Origin: Eledone cirrhosa
Lineage: Eukaryota
Assembly: GCA_964016885.1 (NCBI GenBank)
Contig: OZ024742.1
Coordinates: 343,418,001-343,482,000 of the forward strand
Direction: 5' to 3'
Length of the DNA: 64,000 bases
In this document: one piece after another, positions 13,060 to 25,095 of the stretch
Position numbering within the stretch: the first letter of the stretch is position 1
Layout of the letters: every line of letters begins with the position of its first letter
The notes under the pieces: model-generated
Databases searched by the model: none
Told to the model about the DNA's origin: nothing
What the model saw: the letters and a program-made list of their open reading frames with translations, nothing else
Position numbers and translations under genes: made by a program

Positions 13060-13490
13060 CACTGGGAAACCTCTCTAATCATTTTTGAGGCAGGCCAACA
13101 CGCTTGCAACGTTACCTGGGGCGATGGCGAGGCCAAGGTGCTGGAACAATCAAGTGCCCTCACGAGCATCACCAGTTACCTTTGTTTGGTGTCAGTAGCC
13201 CGACTCCCCCAAACGTCTCGAACGCCATAGGCTGGATAATGTAGTTAGCTGACAGAACACGGTATTTTAGGATTTTGTTCGTTCAGCTGCGGATGCTGTA
13301 GCTCTCGTCCTTACCTCTGCATCCAGGATGTGGGAAGAAGCAAAAGAGTTACTAACTGTGACGTCCCAGGTAAGGCACCTGCCTCTTGACCAGGAGCACA
13401 GAGTAAGACCGTCAAGTTTCTCATCAATTCCGGACAACCCAGACGGTTCCAAAATTGAGGGGATGTTTGCCCGGGCCAAAGCTCCTGAGT
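13060..13490 (-). mobile_element. C-terminal restriction-like endonuclease fragment of a CRE-like non-LTR retrotransposon
   Basis: LEPSGL..DGLTL.SW.RG..LTWDVT..AAERTK, followed after frameshifts by KY, ETFG and GNV segments typical of RLE domains. Confidence 0.7.
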
Positions 13491-13664
13491 GGTAATAGGA
13501 CAGTGTGTGTGTGTGCGCGTGCGTGAGTTTATCGGCGTTCTTAAATTAGAGACACGTGTATGTGTCACTGTTTTTAAGTTAAAGACATATATGTGCATAT
13601 CCCTTTCCTTCCTTTTACACACACATACATTCACACAAACACACACACATTTATATACATGTGA

Positions 13665-14300
13665 ATGGAGTTTTACTGAAGCAGTTAGAGAAGTTCAAGT
13701 ATCTTGGAGCCGTGTTCATGAGTGATGGAATGCAGGAGGCTGAATTAAGTGCAAGAATTACAAAAGCTGATGCAATAAAGTGCCAGCCTCATCAATCTGA
13801 TGAAGGAGGGTAGGTGTGAAAACCAAAGTCGCTGTCTTCCTGGTATTCCTGCCAACTCTTACCGAGGATCATGAATCTTGAGTAATGACCAAAAGAATAC
13901 AATTGCAAATAAAAGTGGCAGAAATGGGATTCCTCCGAAGGGTCTTTGGAGTAACGTTACTCGATAAAGTGCATAACTCAGAGACCAGAGAGTCACTCCT
14001 GGTAGAACCGCTACTTCTCCGAATTGAGAGATCACAACTCCGATATTATGAACATGTGGTTAGAATGTTTCAGTAAAGAATCGCTGGACACATATTACAG
14101 GCAAAACCAACCGAGAAGAGACCCAGAGGTAGACCCTGAGCAAGATAGTTGGATAACATTCATGAGCTTGGCTGGTCACGCTTTGGGATCCAGCTGGATC
14201 AGTTAGAGATGTTTGCTACTGACAGACTCGCTGGAAGGAGTGTTTGAGAAGGACTCTGCCCCCACGACCCTCTCAGAAATAAGTGGGTAAAGAAGAAGAT
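13665..14300 (+). mobile_element. 3' fragment of a second RTE family (Expander/REX3-like)
   Basis: EKFKYLG, AEMGFLRR, IERSQLRY..HVVRM and RPRGRP motifs; (AAG)n tail. Confidence 0.8.
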
Positions 14301-14946
14301 ATTGTGAATTTACTTTCAATTTACATATATCTATATGCATATATATTTGCGTATAATATCAATATGCACACTACATAAGCTAGCAGAACGCCCAAGGGCG
14401 GTTTTTCTGCTAGTACGTGTAATTGTCCGCCAACGCACACCATTGCGCTTGCACACGTATAAACACGGGCTCGGGTGCATTCACCTATTTACGTCCACAC
14501 AGTCCAACAAAAGATGGGTGCGTTTTAAAACAAATAAAGTAAAAATGAAGTAAAAAAGTGAAGTGGTGGCAAAAGAGATGCCAGTCTACACACATAAATT
14601 CTTCTGATCATAGCAGCAGCCTAAGATTGACCTGCTGGCTGACCTCCTAACACCACTACCACCGTGGTAAAGTAGGTCAGCTGGACTTAAGCATTCTGAT
14701 AAAAATAACTATAACAGGACGACCTGTCTCTGAAGAATTTCTATAGACTTTCGGCTGGGATGGTATAATAACTGACCAATGAGTTGAGAGCGTGTCCTCT
14801 GACGCTGAAATTCGTTTGTTCTAGTTCATATGATTCCAGTTCCTCGGAGGACTAACAACACACCCAGGAGCTGGACATATCGATGAATTGACAGTGGAAC
14901 ACATTTCAACACCATGTTTACCTGTTTTTTTCTACATTAATTCGTA

Positions 14947-15001
14947 CTGCTTGATGAGGTCACAGCCAATAATAGCTGTCACCAAAAAATATATATAGTA
15001 G
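14947..15001 (+). ncRNA. Degenerate minimal type-I hammerhead ribozyme
   Basis: CTGC-TTGATGA-GGTCACAGC/GCTGTCACC-AAAA-..TATA-GTAG; the core is mutated at C3 and G12. Confidence 0.5.
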
Positions 15002-15070
15002 AGAATTTATAATAAACGAAGCCAACTTTAACATGTTTGACTTACTTATTTTATATATATATATATATAT

Positions 15071-15590
15071 AAAACATCCTCACACAAGCCAAAATTCAAC
15101 AAACCCTCACAATGAACCCTACAGTAACAAAATGCGGAAGGCCCAATTGTGGCATATGCATAAATCTAATAGAAGGTTCAACATTCCATTTTAAACAAGG
15201 ACAATATTTCACAGTTAAACACAACTTTACAGGTGCATCTGAAAACCTAATCTATGTTTTGACCTGCTCAGGTTGTCAAGAGCACTACATAGGACAGGCA
15301 AAAAACAGCCTCCGACAACGTATGACCGTCCATAAATCACAAATCAAAATACAGGAATACAGAAATATTGCATTTAGTGAACATATCGCCAATTGTGCAC
15401 CCAACCAACATCCAAACTTTAAAATTTTCCCCATTTACAAATTCATAGGCAACGCTACTTTCATCCATCGTACCAATAAGGAAACATATTTCATTAACAA
15501 ATTCCATCCTCTACTTAATGCACTAAACTTCGGACTAAACTAAAACTGGAACGAACAATCAAACATTTACAAATACCTATGTCTCTATAA
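15071..15590 (+). mobile_element. Penelope-like element 3' fragment: Cys-rich linker + GIY-YIG endonuclease (Neptune-like)
   Basis: CGRPNCGIC linker, LIYVLTC..C..HYIGQ..LRQRM..H, E and terminal LN motifs; begins at a (TA)n tract. Confidence 0.85.
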
Positions 15591-15594
15591 AAAG

Positions 15595-16085
15595 TCACCT
15601 TGCTTTAAGCAAGGTGATCTTCTTCCCCTGCAAAGCCAAAATGACGCTATTGCATTTGTCGAAGATATCGGTGAGGTAGGCGCAGTTTTGCCTCACATCG
15701 AGGGTTTTCTTGTACAGTTCTGTGTTACGTCCTCGCAGAAACTCAATGATAGAATCGAAGAGTTCAAAGAAGTGAGTAAAGCACTTGCCTTTTGAAAGCC
15801 ACCTCACTTCAGTATGAAGGAGCAACTTGACGAATTCTTCGTCATTATCTTGGCACAGTTGCCGGAAAATTCGTTCATTGAGGGAATACCGCTTGATAAA
15901 ATTGATGATATCAATGGCCACCTGCAAGAACTTGCTCAGCGGCTTGCTGAGTTTCTTCGCAGCCAAGTGTTGTCGATGAATGACACAATGAACAGTAAAT
16001 ACAGATAGATTTTCTCTCTTCAGAAGAGTGACGAAACCCTTATGTTGGCCGATCATTGCTCTTGCGTCGTCTGTAGCAATGATAC
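15595..16085 (-). pseudogene. hAT Buster/Charlie-type transposase fragment (ZBED5/ZBED8/FAM200-like)
   Basis: HCVIHRQHLAAK, LLLHTEVRWLSKG and AYLTDIF..N..LQG motifs. Confidence 0.88.
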
Positions 16086-16086
16086 A

Positions 16087-16290
16087 ATGTGTGTTGTATG
16101 TCGTCCTAGATGTATATATTACCTGCCTGTGTTGTATGTAGTCCTAGATGTATGTATTACCTGTTTATATATTGCATGTGGTCCCAGCTGTATGTATTAC
16201 CTGCTTGTGTGTTGTATGTGGACCTAGATGTGTGTATTACCTCCTTATGTGTTGTATGTGGTCCTAGATGTATGTATTACCTCGTTATGA
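16087..16290. repeat. ~40-bp minisatellite, 5 copies (TGTGTTGTATGTGGTCCTAGATGTGTGTATTACC..)
   Basis: CCTAG-like cores at 16105, 16143, 16183, 16223 and 16263. Confidence 0.85.
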
Positions 16291-16671
16291 CTCAGGGAAA
16301 TATGACAAACCAGTCTGTAAATCCGAAATCAACAAAGTCCACTTACGGGGCATGCAAGTTATTGGTTTTGGAAGATCGAACAGAGGATTTACTTTCTCAA
16401 CAAGTTTTCGTTCTCAGGTTGTGAATTTTAGCAGTAAACACCGCTGGCAGTCACGTAGTTTCCCCGAAGACAGGTAACCCCCGGTTTTGGCGGTCAAAAT
16501 TCAAAATTTGAACAAAGGAATAAATTCCTTTCCACAAACCGAATAATGCTATCAACCAGATGTTATTAAACAAACATAAACAATTAACCAATCAAGAGAA
16601 TTGTCTAATATATATATATATAATATTATTCAAAATATTAATAAATGAAGACGTTCACATAATCAAAATAT

Positions 16672-16740
16672 ATGTTTTATTATATATATTTCGGAGGTAC
16701 TGTGCTGTTTTTTCAGTACGTCCTCATCAGATAAAATACA
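16672..16740 (-). ncRNA. Minimal type-I hammerhead ribozyme with intact core
   Basis: Minus strand reads UUUUAU-CUGAUGA-GGACGUACUG..CAGUACCUCC-GAAA-UAUAUA-UA^AUAAAA, with stems I and II and a palindromic stem III. Confidence 0.82.
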
Positions 16741-16797
16741 TGAATTGATGTATGACATACCTCAACAATCTTCATGGTTCAATTCCAGTGTTGGCAG

Positions 16798-16832
<35 letters not shown>

Positions 16833-16833
<1 letters not shown>

Positions 16834-17224
16834 ATGTATATATAATGTATTTTGCAATACACTTTATGCTTAATTAAAAGTATTTTGAAGACCGTAAGCT
16901 ATTGTTTTAAAGTAGTGACAAATTCACTTGCTTTGATCTCAGCAAACAGGGGAGATAAACCGACAAGTCTTGTTTCGCGTTGGTTGAAGCTTATCAAGGC
17001 CAACTACCCCTCCTGTCTACCGAGATCATTGATGTTATATTCTTATAGAAATCTAGTAAATAATCATGAGCTGATTAAGCGAAACAAGACTTGTCGGCTT
17101 ATCTCCCCTGTTTGCTGAGATCAAAGTAAGTGAATTTGTCACTACTTTAAAACAATAGCTTACGGTCTTCAAAATACTTTTAATTAAGCATAAAGTGTAT
17201 TGCAAAATACATTATATATACATC
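16833..17224. repeat. Fold-back inverted repeat, ~145-bp arms, ~100-bp spacer (PLE pLTR-like)
   Basis: About 16833-16978 is the reverse complement of about 17080-17224 with 2-3 mismatches; flanked by (TA)n. Confidence 0.9.
16958..17001 (-). ncRNA. Type-I hammerhead, U3-A8 core variant
   Basis: GGCC-UUGAUAA-GC..GC-GAAA-CAAGACUUG-UC^GGUU. Confidence 0.6.
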
Positions 17225-17260
17225 CATATATATATATATTGCTATTTCAGAGCTCCAATT

Positions 17261-17329
<69 letters not shown>

Positions 17330-17340
17330 AAAAGTTCAAG

Positions 17341-17436
17341 ACCCCGACGGCAGAGCTCAAGCCGTTTCGACAGCTAGATCCGAACTAAACGAGTAGTATT
17401 AGGACGGTAGGGATCTAGCTGAACTTATCAAGGGGT
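17341..17436 (-). ncRNA. Type-I hammerhead, U3-A8 core variant, with full stems
   Basis: ACCCC-UUGAUAA-G..CAGCUAGAUCC/GGAUCUAGCUG..C-GAAA-CGGC..GCCG-UC^GGGGU. Confidence 0.75.
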
Positions 17437-17681
17437 ACTTTTCATATATGGGTATGCAACCAAAACACAGTAGAATTATCATATCAAGTAAGCCTAAAAA
17501 TTACTCGCAAGGACGCTGTCCGTGCAATTTATGCTCGGAGGAAACGATCCAGATGCTGTTTGCAAAGGATCAACTCTTAAACAAAAAGGTTGACCTTGTT
17601 ACCTCGTGTAAACCCAGAATACATAGGACATGTCTTACCTTCAAACCCCCTCACGACCCGGGTGGGTAGACCTCGGCTGTA

Positions 17682-18410
17682 TCTTTCTTCCACTCCTAGT
17701 TTTCTAAGAACCCACCAGATTAAGGTGCGTGGGACTCTGTCAAAGGCCTTCTCCAGGTCAACAAAAGCTAAGTAGAGGGGTTTACTGTTAGCTAGGTACT
17801 TCTCTTGCAGTTTCCGTACAAGGAAAAGAGCATCCGTTGTACTTTTCCCTAGCACAAACCCAAACTGCATTTCATCAAGATCAATTCGGCCCCTAATCAG
17901 TTGAGTAATAACTCTTTCTGTGACTTTCCTGATCTGGTCAACTAACTTAATACCTCTATAGTTTCATCTATCCAGGGCGTCTCCTTTGCCCTTGTAACAG
18001 GTGATGATTCTGCTGCTACCCCAGTCATTTGGTATGACCCCATTCTGTATTACTTGGTTTACTATCCGGGTGACCATAGTATGTCCCACCAATCCAGATA
18101 CAACATCTGAGTAACTATATCCGAAGGCCCAGTTGCCTTGCATGTCTTCATATCTCTGATTGCCTTACTTACTCTACTACCATTAACTTGCACAGCTGGC
18201 CCTTCTGTTGGATAAATGTGGGGCAGACTATCTTTATTCCATTCATTCTCCTCATTCAGTAGTCTCTCGTAGTGACACTTCCAAGCTACCTTCGTATCAA
18301 TATCAGTGAGGGCAAGTCGTTACGGACACACGTCTCCCCGAAAATATCACATTTCTCCTTGACACATTGCCTCGCAATCCTGAACACCTCGCGCCTTTGG
18401 TCCTCACGTA
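17682..18410 (-). mobile_element. RTE LINE RT fragment (copy 4)
   Basis: QFGFVLGKSTTDA..DLEKAFDRVPR, with upstream homology to 2200-2790. Confidence 0.9.
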
Positions 18411-19395
18411 GAGGCGGTGGTGCGTGGAAGGGGTGGGGAGAGTGAGAGAGAGGGGAAGGAAAAAAGAGGTCCCAGATGGGAGGGCGTAAGGTGAGGTATG
18501 TGTGTGTGTAGGTGTACGTGTGTGTGTGTATGCGTGGATGTAAGTGTGAGAGTCTGGGGAAGAGCAGATTTGCGTGCTAGTGGGTTTTGGAAAATCATTG
18601 TGAATTTTAATAATATATCGAAACCGGTAATACTTTGTATACTTTATATACATTACTCTTTTTTTAAAAAGAATTGTCCCTCTCATTTTTTCAACAATGT
18701 CATCTTTTCATTAATATCACTTTGACGAATCAAAGAAAGGAAAAAAAAAAAGAAAATCAGACCCTAAAATATATTTTCCGTGCTCTTTCCAACGTCACCT
18801 TATCTCTATATAAATATATGGTGGCTGCCAACTCGTTTTCGAGTACGGCCACTACTTTATATCCATGTAGGAGAACCCCTACCGATGCGCTGAACGAGTG
18901 TGACTTTTTAGTCCAGCCAGCGACTTGAAAACTCTGGTACAAACACTACAATTATATAGTGCTGGCCCCATGGTACCATGTGACGACAAGTGCAGAGAGA
19001 TCTCCAGATATAAAGCAATGCCTGTGCCGTGAAGCTTTTATAGTGAGCAAAGGCACTGCACAAAGCAAGTCCCACTCTCTTAACCAAGATGATATTTACC
19101 AAAAAGAAGAACAAGTCAACATCATTGGATACCATCAGGGTTGCAGGTGTTATATCAGAGTTTTCCTTCTCCTAGAATTCTGCCTTGACAAAGGTCAGGT
19201 CGTTGGCGACTAAACTGGCAACCCCACCAAGGTTTCTTGGTGAGGAGGGTGACTTTGGACATCCTGCAGGACTAAAAACAAAACCTGTCAAAGGGCAAAG
19301 GAGCTCTTAAGAGTCAATGGCCATCCAAAATCACCGGGAGAGATGACCCCTTAGCCTTTGTCAAGGCAGAATATATATATATGTGTATATATATA

Positions 19396-20178
19396 TATAA
19401 AGAATTAGTATATCTACCAACATATATATACAGATGTATACCTATGCAAGCAAATATATAGGTTTTGTCTTAGTAACTTTGCGGTTCAATGCAAGGGGAT
19501 GCTGAACAATTATATGAAAAACGTCAAATAAGAAAATTATAGTAATTAGCTTACTTACTTAAATTTCACTCCAACTAATTAGTTTCTGAAAGGGAATATA
19601 CATAGTCTCCAAATGGAGATCATGGAGAAACCTTTTCGTCATCAGGGAGTCATTCTCAGCTAAGATACCTGGCGATGCGCGGACACAGGGAACTTATACA
19701 AAAATATTCAGTGGATGGAAAAGAGTAAGCGGGGACTAAATTCCAAGACACTGAAAAAATCACTGCCTTCTTGTTCGGTGGCAAATTTAAAAGAATCAAT
19801 CACGTGACATCGAGGTTAATCAGTGAGGAGTGGGGTGTTAAAAAGACAGTAGCTAAGCTGTTACTATGAACTATAGTAGTAATTTTGGCATATTTTTGCT
19901 CAACAAAATAATTTGGAGATAATTATAAAGAATTAGTATATCTACCAACATATATATACAGATGTATACCTATGCAAGCAAATATATAGGTTTTGTCTTA
20001 GTAACTTTGTGGTTCAATGCAAGGGGATTCAGAACAATTATATGAAAAACGTAAAATAAGAAAATTATAGTAATTAGCTTACTTACTTATGACTATGTAT
20101 ATTCCCTTTCAAAAACTAATTAGTTGGAGTGAAATTTAAGTAAGGAAGCTAATTACTATAATTTTCTTATTTTACGTT

Positions 20179-20188
<10 letters not shown>
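19396..20188 (-). mobile_element. Penelope-like terminal structure: 166-bp direct repeat plus ~97-bp inverted copy, with hammerhead motif
   Basis: 19396-19561 matches 19924-20089 (offset 528). 20091-20188 is the reverse complement of about 19511-19607. Flanked by (TA)n. Confidence 0.7.
19568..19650 (-). ncRNA. Type-I hammerhead motif with long stem-loop II
   Basis: ACUCC-CUGAUGA-C-GAAAAGG..CCCUUUC-A-GAAA-CUAAUUAG-UU^GGAGU; the 10.1-11.1 pair is mismatched. Confidence 0.62.
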
Positions 20189-20253
<65 letters not shown>

Positions 20254-20384
20254 GATAAATCTACCAAGAGTTTACGGTAGTGTCCAATCCGTATGAAGAA
20301 CTCAATGTAATCCGGATATCATGGAAAGAAGAGATGCAATGAAAAATCACTTTCGGTGAAAGATAAACGGAATACAGAGTCAAG

Positions 20385-20765
20385 ATAAAATATTAAAAAA
20401 AATAATGAATAAAACAATGAAACAGTTCCTTATATTAAACAAAAAAAGTTCATTATTTAACGATCGTTTCTAGGATATATATGTGTTAGAATTGGCATGC
20501 ATATTCAACAGATCTATGTACAAAATTATACAAAATTATACAAACTATCAAAATTAAATATACATACCCAACACATATATATGTATGTGTTGGGTATGTA
20601 TATTTAATTTTGATAGTTTGTATAATTTTGTATAATTTTGTACATAGATCTGTTGAATATGCATGCCAATTCTAACACATATATATCCTAGAAACGATCG
20701 TTAAATAATGAACTTTTTTTGTTTAATATAAGGAACTGTTTCATTGTTTTATTCATTATTTTTTA

Positions 20766-20774
<9 letters not shown>
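20385..20774. repeat. Near-perfect palindrome, ~192-bp arms, 6-bp spacer
   Basis: 20385-20577 is the reverse complement of 20584-20774. Confidence 0.93.
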
Positions 20775-20819
<45 letters not shown>

Positions 20820-20829
<10 letters not shown>

Positions 20830-21566
20830 CGAGGATGTGCGTGTGTGTGTGTGTCTGTGGACAACTTTGGACAGCTAAGGCTTTTACAATTCCCAACCGA
20901 ATTTGACCAAATTTTCTTTGCACATTGCACCTGTCACTAAGATGGTCACATCACAAATTTTTCAAATCGACCCACGTTGAGCAATAAAAAATCGATAGCA
21001 AAATTATCGATAGCAAAATTATTTTTTCTAAAGTGCATGATGTAAGGGAGATAACAATGAAGTCAAAATCGTTATGGGATTTTCCATGCAAATTAAAAGT
21101 TGCAATTACTTTTACATTTTTCGAGCTTTTTTTTACCAAATGTGAGACAGGCATTGCCTATGCCATCGAAGTAATGCAACAAGATTATTTTTTCTAAAGT
21201 GTATGCTGTAAGGGCGAAATCAATCTAAAAACAATCCTTATGGGACTTTCCATTCAAAACGTTGGGACCTATAACTTTTACATTTTTAAAGTAATTTCGT
21301 CCACATTTGAGGCAGGCATTATCTATGCTTCCAGGATATTGTGAATTTATTAAAAAAACTATTATTACAACGAAGAAATCAGTTAAAACAACATTTTCCT
21401 TCATTATCAGCATAGTTTTGTGTGTACAAAGATTCGTTTGCATTAATTATTGAAGACTTCTGCTTATTTTGACAGGTTGGGGACAAATAATTTTCTTCTT
21501 TTACTTCCTAGCTGTATATTCTTAGCATAATTTCAAACCCCGGGCAACGCCGGGTAAATCTCCTAG
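20820..21566 (+). mobile_element. Non-autonomous Helitron-like element
   Basis: 3' hairpin CCCGG-GCAACG-CCGGG (21539-21554) followed by CTAG|T (21563-21566). (GT)n near the 5' end and an internal ~170-bp duplication. The 5' end is obscured by (TA)n. Confidence 0.75.
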
Positions 21567-21603
21567 TATATATATATACAACACACACATATATATGTGT
21601 GTG

Positions 21604-21667
<64 letters not shown>

Positions 21668-21672
<5 letters not shown>

Positions 21673-24400
21673 TAGACTCTACCCTTATACAACTGAAAAA
21701 TTCAAACAAGGTCCATGTCCATTCTGACAAAACTGGTAATCTGTACCATATGGATATCGATAAATATAACCAGTTCATATATAAAGAACTTAGAAAAAAC
21801 TATAAGAAAGCAAATACCACCGCACTGACATCGCTGAATAACATATCATGTGATATAGTAAAAAAGCTCCAGATTGAAGATAGGACTGAGCCTTTCACGC
21901 CTAAAAGCCCGCACTTCAACCTGAAAGACCATAAATCTGACTTTAACTCGAACCCATCTATTAGACTGATATGCCCATAAAAATCTGATATCGGTAATAT
22001 CAGCAAAAAGATTATTGATTGTATCATTCCGCAAATTAGAAAATTTGTAACACTTCCATTATGAGATAACACTTCCTAAGTTATTGAATGGTTCACTAAC
22101 ATTGAGAATAAAAATTCAGCTTCATTCATTCAATTCGACATCGATTCTTACTATTCTTCGATTTCTCCAATTCTTTTAAACAAATCATTCATCTTCGCTA
22201 GAAATAGATCGGATTTATCTACTGAGGAAATCAACATAGGGGAGATAAGCCGACTCACGGTAGAAAAACCTTACTAAACTTCCAATAAAAATATTGGACA
22301 AGAAACACATATATCAACTTATTCGACATTACGATGGGATCGATGGACTCTGCTCAAGTTACAGACCTCGTTGGACTATTTCTCCTCTATAATATTCATT
22401 ACTCTTTTCCCCACCTCAAAGGTGGTCTTTATCGGGATGATTGTCTATTGTTATCTAACAATCTTAGTAATTCCAATATAGAGAAAAACAAAAAACAAAT
22501 TAGAAAATTCCTGAAGGACTATTACAGCCTTAGCATCACTATTGAAAACACTGCAAAAGTAGCTAATTTCCTTGACGTTACCTTAGACCTCTCTACGAAT
22601 ATTTATCAACCTTACCACAAACCCAACCAGAATCTACACTATGTACATTCACGATCTAACCACCCTGGCTCTATACTCAAGAACTTAGTATATAACATAT
22701 CTCTTAGACTTTCTAAATTATCTTCCAATGAAGATATATTTTATAATAATGCACCCTTCTACAACGAGGCCTTATCTAGAAGTGGATATAAAGAAAAAAT
22801 CTCATATATCCCCAACACTACTATGGACCAAAATATAAAACCTAGCAAAAACTACAAACACCAAAAAATATAATTGAAACAAATACCTAAAGAGGTTATT
22901 CCTATTACACCAAACATCCTAAAAACCACAACAACTATTACTACACGATCTATGACCAATGTTATCAACCCACATATGAATACCAAGCACTCAAAATCTC
23001 ATAATCTACTAAAATAACACCAAATACAACCACGGTAATTTACCAAATTCCACAAATACGGATACTAACCATAGAAATTCTTCTAGAACACAACACAATA
23101 ATATAAGTGGTAATAAGAACTTAACTAAAAACCGCAAACGAAACATAACATGGTACAACGCACCCTTCAACCTGCAAACTATTGGACAAATCCCCCCAAA
23201 ATTCTTTGAAATTCTACATAAACATTTTCCACCAAACCACAGATACCACCAAATATTTAACAAATATACTGTTAAATTCTCATACTCTTCATCAAACAAT
23301 CTCCAGCAAAAAATAAGCAACTTCAACATTTATAAACTTAAAGATAATATGACTACACCACTACAACATAATTTAAATAGGACTGCACCTTTTAAAAGGA
23401 CAAATAATACAATCCTTCAACCTGAAAAACACAACCATCCAAATCACCAACACAAAAACAACAGAACACAAACTCACAATACAACCCTAGAACTAAACCA
23501 CCCACAAAGCAACCTTCATTCTCCTGATAACATTAATTACAATAGGAATAACTCAAGGATTAATGAGAATAGTATAGGCACCCCCAACAACCATCTTACG
23601 TATGGTTGTAATTGCAGAAATAGAAGTATTTGCCCATTAAATGGCAACTGTTTGATTAATAATTGTTTCTACTTTAGGCACAAGGCCAGCAATTACCCAG
23701 TACATTACTGGTACTTTATTTTATCGACCCCGTAAGGATGAAAGGCAAAGTTAACCTCGGCAGGATTTGAACTCAGACTGTAAAGGGACGTAACTATGCT
23801 AGAAAGCATGGCGTCCAACCCTCTACCGATACTGCCAATTCACCGACCTTTGATTAATAATGTAATATATAAATGCCAATTCACCAACTGTTTGATTAAT
23901 AAGGTAATATATAAATGCACTGTGTCTACTACTGGCTCCAACAAAACACATATAGGATCTACATCAAACACATTTAAGAAAAGATTTTATGCACACTCTA
24001 GTAGTTTTAACAATACTAAACTAGCTAACACCACATCTTTAGCTGAAGCAGTAAATAATTATAAAAAGAAAAAAATAGATTTCAAACTATCGTGGAACAC
24101 CATTCTACAAAGAACTCCTTATCTTGGGAACAGGAGGGAATGCAGATTATGTTAAGGGGAGATCTTGGAAATTACTAAATCTAAGGACGATTTATTAAAT
24201 AAAAGACAGGAACTGATTATAGTTTGTAATCACCGTATACGAAGAACATTTAAATACTATAAACCTAATTAAATATTCTAAATAGCAACTCACTATAATT
24301 CTATATAGAGTAACATTTGTTAGTACCCCTTTCCCCTAATTATATGCATTCATGCTTATCTTTTACCTTTTAATGTTTTAGCTTCCTTAGGTTTATGCAT
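21668..24400 (+). mobile_element. Degenerate Penelope-like element (Naiad-like): RT + GIY-YIG
   Basis: DKTGNLY, LKDHK, RLICP, FDIDSYY, MGSMDSA..DLVGL, YRDD, FLDVTLDL, SNHP, WYNAPF, CNCR..CPL.GNC, VIYKC..HIG..FKKR and CRLC. Multiple stops; starts at (TA)n. Confidence 0.9.
23664..23848 (-). mobile_element. Second tRNA-derived SINE family inserted in the PLE
   Basis: Minus-strand A-box TGGCAGTATCGG and B-box GAGTTCAAATCC; 13-bp TSD TTTGATTAATAAT at 23651-23663 and 23849-23861. Confidence 0.82.
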
Positions 24401-24526
24401 TAATGACTAAAGGCAACAAGGTACACAACCACCCGTAATTGCATGAGTAGATATATATCTATGTATGTATGATATGGGAATATATTTGTATATATATGTA
24501 TATATATGTATATATATATATGTGTC

Positions 24527-24557
<31 letters not shown>

Positions 24558-24639
24558 GTGTGTTTGTGTGTGTGTGTATGTGAGTATATGTGTATGAGTG
24601 ATTATATATGAGTGTCTGTACTTGTATGAGTGTGTGCAT

Positions 24640-24716
<77 letters not shown>

Positions 24717-24807
24717 GTAATAATAATAAATTTGTAGACTAAAATCCAAAGAGGGCTCGATAAGGATAAATATATGTCAAATGTATAAGAACCGTAGAGC
24801 AAATATT

Positions 24808-25095
24808 TATTAAAATAACAGATTAACGTTTAAGCAAAGAATCGCTGCTTTTGTCTTTGGTTGTCTTTGCGTGTAATTGGTTTTCACTGCTCCAAATAAT
24901 GACGTATTATATTCGTTTTTTCCGGTTCTTTGCCAGGGAACGTTTCCACGAGCCAAAGTATCGTCTTCCTGTCTTCCTCCGGTTGCAACGTTTTTTGAAA
25001 TATTCACTTCTGCGTTCACAGATTGACTTTATTAGTTTCAGAAGATCCCGTTAAGGGTGAAAGCAGCGATTCTTTGCTTAAACTTTAATCTGTTA

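Noticed and set aside
14380-14413. Hairpin CTAGCAGAA-CGCCC..GGGCG..TTCTGCTAG as a Helitron end or terminator
   Set aside because: No matching 5' end or second copy in the window; too short to assign.
15595-16056. Domesticated ZBED/FAM200 host gene exon
   Set aside because: It is a truncated fragment wedged between a PLE piece and a minisatellite, with no other exons evident.
21668-24400. Selenocysteine recoding, as reported for some Naiad elements
   Set aside because: The conserved Cys codons I checked are TGT/TGC. The visible TGA falls at a probable Trp position and other stops are TAA, indicating decay.
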